A stretch of 63,866 nt of DNA, filler included, from Collodictyon triciliatum (GCA_043381765.1; 8 parts of 8 records of this genome joined end to end with filler, not necessarily neighbours in it); one strand, 5' to 3'. Numbered from the whole stretch's first letter, positions 42,787-61,197 are shown. Numbers and translations are program-made. Notes: a model not told the origin generated them from the letters alone.

Positions 42787-45011
42787 TTACTTGCTGCTTG
42801 TCATGGGCACGTAGTTGTAGTCGCGCAGAGCCTCCCACACGGCGCTGTTGCCTGTAAAAATCACACAATCAGATTAAATACATTATTCTCTCCAAAGACA
42901 AAAAAAAAAATGATGTTTAACAGTCTTCGATATCTTTTTTTTTTGGGAATGTATAAAAGAGTCTTTAATGAAAGATGGGTACATTTGAATCCGCTGCCAA
43001 ACGCAATCTGCCACACTTTCTGTCCCTTTCTCGGCTGGAACTGCTTCTCGATGTAGTTGAGCTCGTACCAGATGGAGCTGGATGAAGTGTTGCCAACGCG
43101 AAAGAGTGTGGCGCGCGACGGTTCTGTATCACGCTCGCTTAGAGAAAGTTCCTTCTCGATGGCATCAATCACCGCGCGGCCGCCAGCGTGGATGCAAAAG
43201 TAGTCCACAGCTTTCTGTAGTGTTTATGGTTTTGAGTGGGACGAAATTATGTCGATGCATTCATCACGATAATTTTACTTGTGTTAATATCCTCGACAAG
43301 TTACCTTGAAGTTTGGTGTGTAGAGTTTGCCATTGGAGGTGAGTTTCTTCTTGATGAGAGAGAAAACAAACTTCAGCTTTTCGTCCCATGGAAGAATAAG
43401 TGGTCCAATTGTTGTCATGTTCTCTTGGATTCCTCTTGCAGCAATCTTCATCAAGTCCTTGCTTAGGCGAACACCACGTACATTCTTGCAATCCTCCAGC
43501 TGATAGACAGCCTCATACGAGTCCTTGTCGAATCCCTAGTTGTTGTAAGTGATTATTTCAACCGCACTTTCTCTTTCTCTTTCTCTTGCCTTTTTTTTTT
43601 TTTTGATACCCTCATACTATCTGAAATGCATATTTTACTAAATCAAACACTGAGATGTTCCAATCATAGAAATAAGAAAATTGGGCGTACCATGTGGATG
43701 CGGACAAGCTCTTTCAGCTCGTATTTTGCTCGGTAACGGTCCATCGAGTGATTCGAAAGAACAATCGCAGCCCCGCCGACACGGAACAGTGTATTGGACA
43801 GGAGCATTGCCTGTATGTTTATGAAACATAGTTATACGTCATTTAAATGGGATTAGAAGCTGGTCAAACTACGGGCCATGCAGTCGAGGAAAGCAATACC
43901 CTGTCGTTCCCAAGGTACCAGTTCTGTGTGATGTTTTCCGTGCTCACAACAAGTGCGTATTTCCTGCGCTTCAGTTGCAGTTGCTCACGCGCCAGTGCGA
44001 TGGCGATCAGTCCCGCGCTGCATCCCATTCCTGACAGATTGTAGCTGGAAATGTCCTTTCGCATCTTGAACTCGTTGATGATCTGAGAGGTCGGTTAAAC
44101 TTCAGTACTTGTGATGGATGTGAAATGTGGAATTACACATCGATAAACATCCCTTCCACTCATCGTTTCTTAGTTTTCTCTCCATCTCATTCACTGACCA
44201 TAGCACTGAGAGAAGGCGTGGGGTTGAAGAGACTGCAGTTTACGACAAGGATTCCAATGTCCTTTGGCTTCAGTCCACAGCGTTCCAATGCCTCCTTGAC
44301 GATGGGGAACATCACATAACGGGCCTCTTCGCGGGCGTGCTCCATAGAAATTCCAGGGGGCAATTCCATTAAAGCTGTGTTTGTTTGAACGCATGAACAG
44401 TTTAAGTAAATAAAGTCTCAAAACATGGGTTTACAATACCATCCTGATGTGGCATGAACATAGAAAGAAACAGCGGCATGGATGAAATACGAGAGGATTT
44501 ATCGGAACCTTTGGGGAAATAAGTCTCCTCTCCAAGGCCATTTCTGGGGAGTGTGCGGAACTGGAACTCAAGTGACTCTTTGTCAAACTTTTCAACGCGC
44601 TTGGAATGCTCGATGAAGCGTCTCATGGGAACCTTGTTCTCGTCACCAATCCCGTGAAGAACAGAGAAGTTGAGAAGGTAGACGGAAGGCGCCGACGAGG
44701 CCCACCAGTAGAAAGCAATCACAAACACAAAGGCCGCAAGGGCAAGTAAAGGCTGCTGATTCTCAAGGACAAACTGCTCGTAGAAAGCTTTTTCCTCGGG
44801 AGTCATGTTTTGGAAAACATACACAGCGGAAGCCACAATCGGGACGCACAGAGTCAGAGTCTTGGCGAAGCTTTTCAGGTGGAAAAACTTGTACGACAGG
44901 CGCTGATCAAGCTTGTTGGGTTCCCACGGATAGTCATAGTGCGGATTGGTGTTTTTGTAGAGCAGTTCATCCTCAGCGGGTTGCGTCTGGGCAGGTTCTT
45001 TCGGTTCCTCG
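42787..45011 (-). CDS. KCS: 3-ketoacyl-CoA synthase (FAE1/KCS-type very-long-chain fatty acid condensing enzyme); start lies in or beyond the N gap
   Basis: [137 protein letters not shown]. Confidence 0.96.
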
Positions 45012-45819
45012 NNNNNNNNNNNNNNNNNNNNNNNNNNNNNNNNNNNNNNNNNNNNNNNNNNNNNNNNNNNNNNNNNNNNNNNNNNNNNNNNNNNNNNNNN
45101 NNNNNNNNNNNNNNNNNNNNNNNNNNNNNNNNNNNNNNNNNNNNNNNNNNNNNNNNNNNNNNNNNNNNNNNNNNNNNNNNNNNNNNNNNNNNNNNNNNNN
45201 NNNNNNNNNNNNNNNNNNNNNNNNNNNNNNNNNNNNNNNNNNNNNNNNNNNNNNNNNNNNNNNNNNNNNNNNNNNNNNNNNNNNNNNNNNNNNNNNNNNN
45301 NNNNNNNNNNNNNNNNNNNNNNNNNNNNNNNNNNNNNNNNNNNNNNNNNNNNNNNNNNNNNNNNNNNNNNNNNNNNNNNNNNNNNNNNNNNNNNNNNNNN
45401 NNNNNNNNNNNNNNNNNNNNNNNNNNNNNNNNNNNNNNNNNNNNNNNNNNNNNNNNNNNNNNNNNNNNNNNNNNNNNNNNNNNNNNNNNNNNNNNNNNNN
45501 NNNNNNNNNNNNNNNNNNNNNNNNNNNNNNNNNNNNNNNNNNNNNNNNNNNNNNTGGCCGCTCTCGTCAAGAGCAGGGATTGGCTCCGCAAGAGGCACAG
45601 AAAAAAGTCCGCCGAAGCAAAGCAAGCAACAGCAAACCCGACGGAAGCAACGAGTGTGCAAGGAAGCGATTCGACAGGAAGGACAGGCAGAGAGGACGAG
45701 GCGATGATATTGTCAAAGGCACAAGGACGGTTTGTTGGTACCCAGGACTTTGTGTGAGGAATTCCATTTGCCAGAGTGCCTCTTTTCTTTAGCTTTCCCT
45801 TCTTGATTTCTCTTTGCTT

Positions 45820-45935
45820 CAAACAAACAAACAAACAAACAAACAAACAAACAAACAAACAAACAAACAAACAAACAAACAAACAAACAAACAAACAAAC
45901 AAACAAACAAACAAACAAACAAACAAACAAACAAA
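45820..45935. repeat. (CAAA)n microsatellite
   Basis: Read directly. Confidence 0.95.
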
Positions 45936-47457
45936 AAGAAAAAAAGAAGGGGTATCTGTCTTTTCTTGTCCCTCTTTCATCGGTTTTGTTTCAGGCACGC
46001 TAAGGAGATGACCTGTCACAGCATAAAGAGCCTCGGTCGAGAAGTGGTGCGGCCAGTCAGCCGATTGGGTGATCGTTTTTGCGTCGCGATGATCGGATGG
46101 ATTTGTCTTGCCGGCTCTTATGCCCAGGCTGCTTCACATTCCATTGAAATGGGTTTATCCTTCAGTGCAGATCAGGGCCACGTAAGCAAAGCTGTTTTGT
46201 TTTGAGCGGAGATACAGACCACGGATTCATAGAAAATGTACAGAATTGGGCTGCTATCGAAACTTGAATGACGCTTATGTGTTCCGTGACGCAGTTGATT
46301 GGCGTCATCTAATCGTAGGCTGGTGACGTCTTGTTCCATTTTTGGACGAATCGAGAATGAGGGCGTGTATGGCACAGAAGATATAACTTATATTGTTTTG
46401 TTTTTTTATTTCTCCACTTCGTATATGTCCAATTTTTTTTTTCGGTTATGATTGAGAGGCGGATATTCAACGGCGACATTTTATTTGGCAACCTCAAAGA
46501 TAGATTGGAATATATGAAGCACATCTTGTGGTGTCTTCCATGGATGCTTATTGGCTGAGACCTACGCGAATAGAAGATTTAATTCTTGTTTTTTTTTTTG
46601 GCAGTTTTGCTTGAGGGAATGATGGTTTTGGTTGACTTTATAGCTTTCTCTACAGAAAAGGCTGCATACTAACGGAAGAGTGGGCTTTTTTCAGACCTTA
46701 GAGCCGAAGCAACGGGACTGATCGTAGTAGTTGTAGGCGATGGAGGATTCTGATGCCTGATTTTGAGGGTTGGACGGTAGTGATGGATTGGCGGCTTCGG
46801 ATGAAATAATCAGTTTGTGAAGTGGATAATCAACGCNNNNNNNNNNNNNNNNNNNNNNNNNNNNNNNNNNNNNNNNNNNNTTAATTAATTAANNNNNNNN
46901 NNNNNNNNNNNNNNNNNNNNNNNNNNNNNNNNNNNNAAAAACATAAAAAAACATAAAAAAACATAAAAAAACATAAAAAAACATAAAAAAACATAAAAAA
47001 ACATAAAAAACATAAAAAAACATAAAAAACATAAAAAAAACATAAAAACAAAAAACAAAAAAGAAAAAAGAAAAAACAAAAAAAACATAAAAAAACAAAA
47101 AAGAAAAAACAGAAAAAACAGAAAAAACAGAAAAAAAACAATCAAAAATCAAAAAATATATAAAAAAACACATGTTGTGTTTCTCAAAAGACATAATACG
47201 AATTTGTGTTATCTATCATGTACTGCAAGTCATTCTTTTATACATTTTTTATTTTCTCTATTACCCGCTAGTATCGGAATCTTTCCAACTACTTTTTTTT
47301 TTAGGAGCTTACCAAAATTCAATAAATTCTCAATAAATTTGAGGTTAATATCATTAAATATGGTTATTACTGGCTGTATTTTCACAATTGCATAATGCTG
47401 TTATTTTTAGAAGGATTTTTCATATGCTATTTTTCACTTTTTTTCCTTTTCACCTAG

Positions 47458-51520
<4,063 letters not shown>

Positions 51521-51760
51521 TCATGTGGCATGAAGTGATCAGGATTGGTGCATCCCTGGAAGCATGCATGCATGCAAATTGGTCCAGAAAAAAATAAAAA
51601 TATAAAATTACAACTATAACCAACGAACATTATAAAATTTCCCCTCATACTTGATGGAGTAAATCCATTTGTTCTTTTACAAATTCGAAAGCATATTACT
51701 CGATTCAGGGTTTATTATTTTATGGCCAAAGTGCGCAAACTATAAACCGGGTCTCCGTTT

Positions 51761-54700
51761 TCAGTGGATCATCTTCATCTTTTTCCGAATTATGAGCACA
51801 CTCACACATATCAGCGATATGATAGAAAGTGCCATCGCTATACCCATGACTAGTGAGTAGCACTTGCTTCCAATACAGTCAGAGTCCGATGTGTTCTCTA
51901 TATTGGTACGTGTTTCGGCATCGGTAAGAAAGGAATTCCAGCATAAAATACAGACCATGGAATGGCTCAATGGATACTGGTATCTAAAAAAGATATCTAG
52001 AAAGAGCATCTATGGAAGTCTTGAAAAACAACCGTCTGTCTTATCAGACTCTGCGTCGTAGAAAACACCAAACATAATGTTCAGTATTTGGCCTCCAGCA
52101 GCGACACCGAGCGTAAGCAAGCCGTAATTTATCCCAAAGAAAGTTGTCCCGAATTCCTCACTATTTCAGATGCAATTGAGACCCATGTTGATTAATCATT
52201 AGTACGGAAGGCAAGTTTATTTGCAAAAAAACAAAAAACAAAAAACAAAAAACAAAAAACAAAAAACAAAAAACAAAAAACAAAAAACAAAAAACAAAAA
52301 ACAAAAAACAAAAAACAAAAAAAACAAACAAAACACAAAAAAACAGTGGCGGACGAGAGCCAGGGAAAACTCGTATGAAAGAGACCTCAGTACAATAGTC
52401 GCCACAGTTAGTAAGCCGCCGTATGCAATACCGTTGAAAATAGTGGGTGCAGTAACACTAACCGGGTCTATATCTCCAGAGAATGCTAGAATCCCCTGCG
52501 AAAAAAGACTCAGAATGTTAATTCTCTACCATCAAACAAATCATGGATAACCAACCCTATCACACATTTTCCTATCATGAAAACAACCTGAGCTATGACC
52601 GCAGACGCTATACTGATGTACAAGTACATAGACCTTGGAATATGTGCCCATCTCTTCACTGCCCAGTCTGAGAATGACCCTATCGACAACCTCCCGAAGC
52701 TGTTTGCGATGGATAGAATCGCAACCTGGTTTGGCCGTAAATATCAGTAACTGCTTTCACAAAGAAACATATAACATGCATAATATATCACAAATCGCAT
52801 TAATCTCTACACGCTGAAAACACTTCAATCGTGATATATTTCCCCACCTGAAGGTTCTTGTCGCCATCGTTGTCTTCGTCTCCTTTCACCTGTAATCCGT
52901 TTAACACTCAATACTAAGAGTCTTTCTCAAGATGGCTATTCATATGGAAAGACTCACAGCACCCAGCGAGCTGACTATCGACCCTACGTTGCTTATGTAC
53001 ATTAGCCCAGCGCCGGCCTGGTTCATGCCGATAATATGAGAATTCATGGCAAAAATAAATTCTCGAAGACATCAGACGTGATTATTCACACGATAGAAAG
53101 CCACTTTATCTGGCTGTGGGTAAATCGACTAGAATGGTAACCTGCACAGTAGTCACCGTAAAAAGCATCCAAAAGGCGACAGTGCGGAGAATATCCCACC
53201 CACCAAGGTCAGGAGCAGACCTGTTAGTATGAGTTGTGTGTTAGAGAGAACTACACACAAGACATATAATTGATTATTTTTTTTGGAAATAACAAACAAA
53301 ACAAAGAAACAAAGAGAAACAAAGAGAAACAAAGAGAAACAAAGAGAAACAAAGAGAAACAAAGAGAAACAAAAACACGACTTTAAATTGTTTAATGAGA
53401 GCTAAAAATATCTTTTTTAGATAAAAAATTCATTAATTCGATTCAAAGATTTTTCTTAAAAAAAGCTCCCAGAATAACGCATGTCATATATAGAATATAT
53501 ATATACTTTGCCAAAAGGGCAGTTGCCTCTGGACTTTTCAATACATCAGTAACTTCTGGTGATGATGGCGATAATAGTGAGGATGAAGCATTTGCATCGT
53601 GGTTGTGCTTCTCTGCTTCAGTTCCTGTGATGATAATGGTTGATAGGCAGAGTGTGAAGATATAATTTATTAGTATGGTTTCCTTCTTAATTATGTGCTG
53701 TTTACATTTCTCTAAATTTTAATTTCTTGGGAAGTATCTTGCTGTTAAAAACTTGTTATCAGCTCATTCCACTTAAATTCTCGCGCAAATATCACTGCTA
53801 CAGCATTGGTTATCGATGTGAATAATCCTACAAACTATAAACAAATGATAAGCTTTCATTCAAACTTGAATCATAAATATGTCTTGAACCACATTAGTTA
53901 ATACAGATAAAAGTTAGGCAGCTGAATATATAGGTTTCACGATGAGTTATACACTATTTGCGGTAAAGACCGAAAAAATGAGTGTCATGTGTGATTCTGA
54001 TTACCAGTAGAAAATCTCCAGGTGTTTCTTTATTGGAGTAGAAGAAGGAGTTTACTTGGCTGAAGAGAAACGCAGACAGCCCAAACCCAGCCAGTGATAC
54101 ACCTGTCATGACACCTCTGGTAAAAGTGTTGATATTTGTTAGAATTTCGCTTTACATAGATCATAAAGGTAGAAAAATGCAAAGTTAAGCACGCAAGCGC
54201 ACCAAGCACATTATTTATAGGATTGATTCATAAAACTGGCCCATAGAACGTGTACTCTACCGATATTTAGCAGAGAAATTCTTGATGTTAACAGCGATAC
54301 CGGTCGTAACAGTGGCGCAAGAACCAAATCCAATGATCAAGTAGAAAAAGCTAAATTTGTGGTGAATAAGAGATTTTTAGTGGTGTCCAATCGTATCGAA
54401 CCACTCAATATTTTTAATTTTTCGATGTTTTTTTTCGCAAACTAACATGCAAATCCCTTCAATTTATGTTGTGGCAACAAAACAAACAACAAGATAAAAC
54501 AAAATATTCCGAGGGGATCATAGGAATAATATCTTGTACATATGGGCATATAAGATGAGATGAGGCCATAAAAAAAATGAAATACCACCTTTCCATAAGT
54601 AAACAATAAAAGAGGATATGAAATAATTATGAATCGAAGAAAATTGGAAGGAAGAGAAAAATAAGAAAAGAAATTGGGATTTGAACCCTAAGAGGAGACT

Positions 54701-55555
54701 TTTAAGGAAATCTTGTTAAAAAAAACCTCGATAGCCAGACATTTGATGAAATATGCTTCTTATCCACTAGGTACATCATGAGGTAACCAATCAGCCCACA
54801 TATCGAACCATGAACGAATGTGGACCGAGATCCGTACTTATCGTAGTAATATCTGTGAACGAAAAAAAAAAAATTAATTTACATCCAGTGATAGAATTTT
54901 ATGTGATTATGGAAATATATCTAGGATAGACAGGACTTCGTATTATCAACAAGGCTGTATATAGAATTTGATTATGAATTATTTATTGGTGGGTGAGTGG
55001 AATGGAAAAAAACCAAAAAAACCAAAAAAAAACAAAAAAAACCAAAAAAAACCAAAAAAAAACCAAAAAAAAACCAAAAAAACCAGTGTAATAACTGAGA
55101 GAAAATGAAATGTGTATTGTTTGGGTGTTTAAAAAGGAAAACCCATAAAGAATTCCTCCAACGTAAAGTCCGTTGTTTCCAAAGCCAGCAACGATATTAA
55201 GCTCTGTCTATGATAAATAAATGAATAGCACATAGCCACCAAAGCAGTGAATATGCTTGAAGTTGTGAATGAGAGGGCGACGACCTCCCACCAGAGACGG
55301 AGACTACGATATGAAATCTATGGATAAAACAAATGTTTCTATACTTTACGGCTGCAATAAACAAACCTGGGTCCAGCCAAGATTATCCTTGAGATCATCT
55401 CCATAAAGCCCGAAAGCGTAGAGAGAGCCACTACTGAGAAGGGCAAGCATGCAGCTCAAGAAGGAAAGGAGGCGCAGGTTTCTGTAGGCAAGTAATCATT
55501 GCCTTTATTTATATCATAAATAGTAAAGCAGTGGTGTTTTTTATTTTAATTCATC

Positions 55556-55652
<97 letters not shown>

Positions 55653-55708
55653 CTCTCATCGGTCCAGCCAAAGCGTGTTGCTCTGTAGAAAGATCGCACC
55701 AAAGAGAA
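51761..55708 (-). CDS. Nodulin-like/Mch1-type major facilitator superfamily transporter, 5'-partial
   Basis: SSGSLYAFGLYGDDLKDNLGWTQ, YDKYGSR, VNIKNFSAKYR..GFGLSAFLFSQ, GAGLMYISNVGSIV, SIANSFGRLSIGSFSD, EFGTTFFGINYG, CIGSKCYS. Confidence 0.88.
55557..55652. repeat. (ATT)n intronic microsatellite
   Basis: Read directly. Confidence 0.95.
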
Positions 55709-55984
55709 NNNNNNNNNNNNNNNNNNNNNNNNNNNNNNNNNNNNNNNNNNNNTTAATTAATTAANNNNNNNNNNNNNNNNNNNNNNNNNNNNNNNNNNNN
55801 NNNNNNNNAGTTTTCTCTTGTTTTTCCATTTTTTTGGTTGTTTCTCGGCTACCCACACCCATTTAACATTTTTTGTTTTTTTTTTTTTTTTTTTTTTTTT
55901 TTGGTTGTCTGTCTTTTCTGTCCGTTGCCTGAGGGTTTCGTATTCTTTTCATTGGGGAAACAGCAGATAAGCACAGGAACAGAA

Positions 55985-58634
55985 ATGAGGTTGCCTGTCT
56001 TCTTCGTGAGCCTCCTCTATGTCCTGCTTGCCCTGCTGCCAATTGTCTCTGTGCGGCACCCAAAGCTCGGCCAACTCACCTTCTTAGAACCGCTTGTCCA
56101 TGAGGAAGTCCCACACGACCCGATCACGCTGCCGAAAGACAGGCAGGCCCTTCACAATGCTGTCGTTTTTTTTTTCCTTTTTCATTTTCTTTTCCTTTTT
56201 CCTTTTATCCACATCATTTTGCCTACTACCCACACTTTGCCCTGCCTTTCTCTTCTGGCTTGACTCTCTCCTCTGCGAGTACTTGAGTGAAAGGCTTTGC
56301 TGCGGCCTATCTTAGAGTCCGTTCTCTTCGGCTCTTTGAGAGTGGCCGCTTCTCAGAGGCCGCTGCATTACTTGTTCGGATAGCACGCGAGAACGAAGCG
56401 AGCACAGCAGATCTGCTCAACCTGGCTGGGGCGTTGATGCAGAGCCCAAGCCAGCGTGATTCATCACTCAAAATCCTTCGCTTCCTCCTTGACGAGTTCG
56501 ATGAACCTGCCGCCGCGTTTTATCTCGCACAGTTGTTACATGATGATGGTGTGTGCTGCATCCATATATGACTGATGACATGCAACCACCGCAGCTGATT
56601 ATTTTCTTATCAGAAGAAGAAGAAGAAGAAAGAAAGAAAGAAAGAAAGAAGCATCACCATCCGCACTCACCCACACATACATATTTATCTATTCTTGATC
56701 AATTCAGATGCAGCAGCGTCTGCAAAACTCATTTGCCAGGCTGCGAGAGTGATTAGAGCAGATTCCAAGCCCACCCGAGAAACAGCGCCGATTCTTCGGA
56801 TGCTTCTAGAGAACGGGGTAACCCAACTCCATCCGTCATGCCCAAACAATTGCAGCTTTCGTGGAGTTTGTCTGCCAGCGTGCATATGCAAGTGTGACGA
56901 TGGCTACGAAGGGTTGGCTTGCGAGCTCGAATCTGCTGGTATGAACGCGCCGATTAGCGGTGCTTATGCATGTGTTAAAAGCTTATGAGCAACGTGTTGT
57001 TATCGCTCCTGCTTCAATCCATTTAGATCCGCCTCTGATGAAGGAACCGCGCCAAATCACTGTCCAGTTTGACGGGCCGATTTACGGGGACGGCTCTTTT
57101 GCGCATGTGAACCGCAAGTTGGTTGGTGCTCTACTCCAGCCGTCCATGCGCAAGCATGTTCGCGTCTTTGTGAACCCGACAGACAGGCCGCCAAAGGAGG
57201 CGAATCCGTGGACCGTGGGCGATCAAGATCTGGATGTGATTGTGAAGGAGTGTGTTGGGATGCGCAACCGAATCGACAAGGCAGACTTTACGCTTCGGCA
57301 CTCGTGGCCTCCGAATCTGAATCCACCGGCAGCTGGCCGATGGGCTCTCTTTCTGCCGTGGGAATACTGTGCATTGCCGTCTGACTGGGTTGATGTGATT
57401 CGCCGACGTGTTGATCTGGTGATGGTTCCGTCCCACTCTGTGCGTGACTGCATTGTGGGACACGATATTGACCCTGAGCGCGTGGTTGTCTTGCCGCTGG
57501 GCGCGGTTGATTCGCTCGAGGCGCGTTCATCACACCGCCGAGAAGACAAACCGAGCAGTCCTCATCTTTTGTTCCAAAGAAAGTCTGCAATACAGACTCC
57601 CATCCCAGGCCTGAGCGCATCCAAGCAGTTCCACTTTCTCTATGTGGGGGGCACAATCCATCGCAAGGTGTTGCTTCATCACCTCCAAAGAAAGAAAGCA
57701 AGAAAGAACGAGGGAGAAAAAAGAAGAGATTATTGGCGAGAGGGAGAGAAAGAAGGAAAGCACCATTCTCCCTTTATTTTATTTTTTTCTTTCTATCTCT
57801 TTTTCTGCAACCAACACGATACTGCTCTGCACCGACGAAGCAATTGTGACACACGAGAAATAGAAATAGAGAAATAATATTCCCTTTCATCAGCACCAAA
57901 CAAAACAAGCGGCACGGGGCAAAGTAGCACGCTTTCTCACACGCATCAAATCCACACGGCAGGGTATCGACCTTCTCCTGGACGCGTATCTTGCATCATT
58001 CAATGCCTCGGATCCCGTCACGCTCCTGATCAAGGACACAGGGACAACATCGCACTACAAGGGCCAAACCCTCGACCGCCAGATCCAGGCACAGATCCAA
58101 GCTGCAGGCAAATCTGCTCCACAAATCCTCTACACAAGCATCGAAATCACCCCCCAGCAGATGCAGCATCTCTACGAATGGGCTCACGCCTTGATTCATC
58201 CGTATCGTGGCGAAGGATTCGGACTCCCGATTGCAGAGGCCATGGCCTTCGGCGCCGCAGTTGTTGTCCCGTCGCTCGGCCCGGCGCGGGATTACGTTGA
58301 TCCCCACCGCGGCTATCTGATCCGCGCCTCACACTTCTCGTACCCCGCCGCACAAGTCGGACCGTGGGCCACGGCGCAGACGCCTACCGGGATTCAGCCG
58401 GATCTGCAGGATCTCCGGGACACACTGCGGCGGCTCGTGGAGCATCCTGTCGAGATGTCGCAGGCCGGATTAAACGCGTGGGATCACGCTCGATCCCGCA
58501 TGACGTGGGCTCACACAGCCGAGGCCTTTGCGGCGCTGCTGCGGCTCAACGAGGCGTTGTCTGTGAAGAGGCATTCGCTCGGCGGATTTGCTCGGCGTCA
58601 TCACGATGCGGCGTTCTTCCCAGTGGTGCAGTGA
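55985..58634 (+). CDS. Secreted or membrane-anchored glycosyltransferase family 4 (GT-B) with an N-terminal signal, TPR-like helices and an EGF-like domain
   Basis: Hydrophobic N-terminus MRLPVFFVSLLYVLLALLPIVS; EGF-like CPNNCSFRGVCLPACICKCDDGYEGLACE; GT4 motifs RHSWPPNL..PWEYCALPSDWV..VMVPS, FLYVGGTIHRKGIDLLLDAY and LIHPYRGEGFGLPIAEAMAFG. Confidence 0.9.
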
Positions 58635-58971
58635 TTGATGTGATTTTGGTGTTTTTTCCTTGTGAGCTCTGCATATCTGTTCCCACATAGATTATATTCT
58701 ATATGATAAATCTCGCATCTTGCAGTCTGAGCGTCGAACCAAGAATATCGCCTTCTTTGTTGATGCATGCAGTTAGTTGTTTGTATGTGTATATGGACAT
58801 TTCCAAGTGGCGCTTTTTTTTTTTAATACTGTACCATATTTTTTTCTTTGTGTGTGTTTATTTGGTGTTGAGGGAGAATGAGAGAGCGCGGGAGCTTCAG
58901 GTGGTGGCGGGGAATCAAAATGGAAGAGACGAAAGCGGGGGATGCAAGAGAAGGAGCGAATCTGAGTCGAC

Positions 58972-59713
58972 TTAAGCAGGAATGGACTCTGTCTCGATGG
59001 GCCGGATGGGATTGCCACGCTCAGCAGAGTATCGGTCGTGCAGGTCGTTCATGTCGTCGGAGGAGATCTTCTGCCAGCCGTTTTCATCCACGTGATAGAC
59101 TGGTTTGTGAGGGAGGATACATGGTTAGGAAGGCTGAGCATAGTGCTGTGTATTCATCCTCTCTCAACGGAGATGCCGGATTGTGGTGCTCCGAGAAGAG
59201 CAATCCAAGAGGTATTGTAGAGGAAGAAGAAAAAAAAGGGCAGTCGGTAGTGAATAGGTAAATGGGAAAAAAAATGACACGACGTGCAGGAGTAAATGGA
59301 AAGTCGGCCTGAAGAGGACAAACCATTCACAATGCCTCCGCTGGCGCTGTCGCGGAATGTGGCGTGGTAGATTGAACGGCGGCCTAGCTCGATGGCTTCG
59401 TCTCGGCTCAGGTCTGGGCGGTATCCGGAGTCCAGGACACCGTAGGCGAAACTAGAGCCGCTTCCCACCGAAAACATGTGGTGTTTGAGGCGTGTTCCAT
59501 CGCTGTCCACGTAGAAGAGATTTGGGCCCTGGAGAGTGGGTATCCCCGTGGGTTTTAACATTGCGAAGCAGAAGGAGAGATTGTGAAGAACGAGTGAAAG
59601 GCTCGATTCAAGCCGTTTCCTTGTTCAAAGAATTGAATACATGACGATATATGCACACAGTGATTAAGACCGATGGAATTTGATGTTGTTTACAATGATT
59701 AAACACAAAATAA

Positions 59714-59787
<74 letters not shown>

Positions 59788-61197
59788 GAGTGGTTGTATG
59801 GGTACAGTACTGTTTTATCCCAGCCGACAATCATAGTTCCCTACAAATAAATATGGATAGCTGGTGAGTTGACATCGCAGATTAAAGATATTGAATTAAT
59901 TCGTGTTGACAGGAAAGCATATATATGAATACAGATATGAAGATAGAGAATGTGAAGTGAAAAGGGAGAACAGTAATGAGATGAAAATGTCTACCATCAC
60001 GAGCCCGTAACCGCGGTAGTCGAAGAGGATATTAGCAAGGATTTTGGATGCGGCCGCGACAGAGATACGTTCCTTGTTGCGGAGTTCATAGAGTCGGCAA
60101 ATGCGGCCAAGGTCGCGCTCCCAAAACTTACAGTCAGCAGCGCCACCAGCCATGGTACCAAGCAAGTACGGATTGATCTCGATGACCTTCTTCACAGACT
60201 GAGAGGCTATTACAATTTTATCATTTAATATTTTAATGAAAAAAAGATGAGGAGGCTGCGAATGGGGCAGTCAGGGGGCACTGTCGAAAGTGACAGATAT
60301 GCTATTGATAATTCTGCATGTGGAAGACTTGCCGATGAATCCTCCCTGTGTGGCTCGAGAGTCGACGGCGACAACGATACCCTGAAGAGATTTTGTTGCT
60401 ATTAATGTCATCACCCACGCTTTTATATTGCTGTGATTATAACTAGATTTTGATAGAGGGGGGAAAAAACATAAATAACCGGCTGCCCACTTGATAAAAT
60501 ACTGTTCTTTTTTCTGTGAATGTTACAAATATTATCTTTTGTCTATAAGAGTTTGTGTAAATCTGGCATGATTCCTACACGATCATAGATGAAGGCGAGT
60601 GTAGTGGTTCCTTTGTTGAAATCAAGCTTTCGGGCGACCTCGCTGGCTCCGTAGGCCTCATTCAGGTATTCTGCCGGCTGTATAATTTGGTATAGTTGTT
60701 ACTTCAACTGTACCAGGGAAGAAGCCAAAAAGAAAGTAGAGTGAAACAAGGTTTTTCTTTTCCTTTATTCGATAAGAGTGAAACAATGTTAAACGCATAA
60801 GACGAAGCGCGAGGCGTACATTTGATGTCTGAGCAAGCGAGAAGCTGGGATTGCTGAGGAACTGCTCATGGGCCTCTGCTTCAATAGTCTGTGAATATCG
60901 GCAAATGTTGTGGTGTTAGCTGTTGTTTGTAGCTCATTTTGAACAGGAGACAAAAGCTGTACAACACACAGCATTAACCCAATAGAAATGTATGCTTATA
61001 ATTAATAAATAGATCATCTGTATGAGACTTGTAGAGAGCATTTGAGGTGGCTAAGAGTTGTGCGTTTTTAAATCGAAGAGTTTGTTGGTGGGTGGAAGCC
61101 AAAAGGCAAAATCGGAAAGTGCAGAAGAAACAAACGAACTCACCTCCTCAGTGCGAAGAGACTTTGGTTCAAGGAAGGACAGGTCAACGCCTTTCAT
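58972..61197 (-). CDS. PSMB5: 20S proteasome subunit beta 5 (PSMB5/PRE2)
   Basis: Propeptide then [96 protein letters not shown]. Confidence 0.97.
59714..59786. repeat. (AAT)n intronic microsatellite in PSMB5
   Basis: Read directly. Confidence 0.95.
60207..60332 (-). other. GC-AG intron in PSMB5
   Basis: Donor G|GCAAGT and acceptor AATAG|. This splice is needed to give the conserved [16 protein letters not shown]. Confidence 0.92.
60738..60790 (-). mobile_element. Ultra-short insertion (60754-60774, minus strand) with a 16-bp TSD, in a PSMB5 intron
   Basis: AGAGTGAAACAAGGTT [TTTCTTTTCCTTTATTCGATA] AGAGTGAAACAATGTT. Confidence 0.75.
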
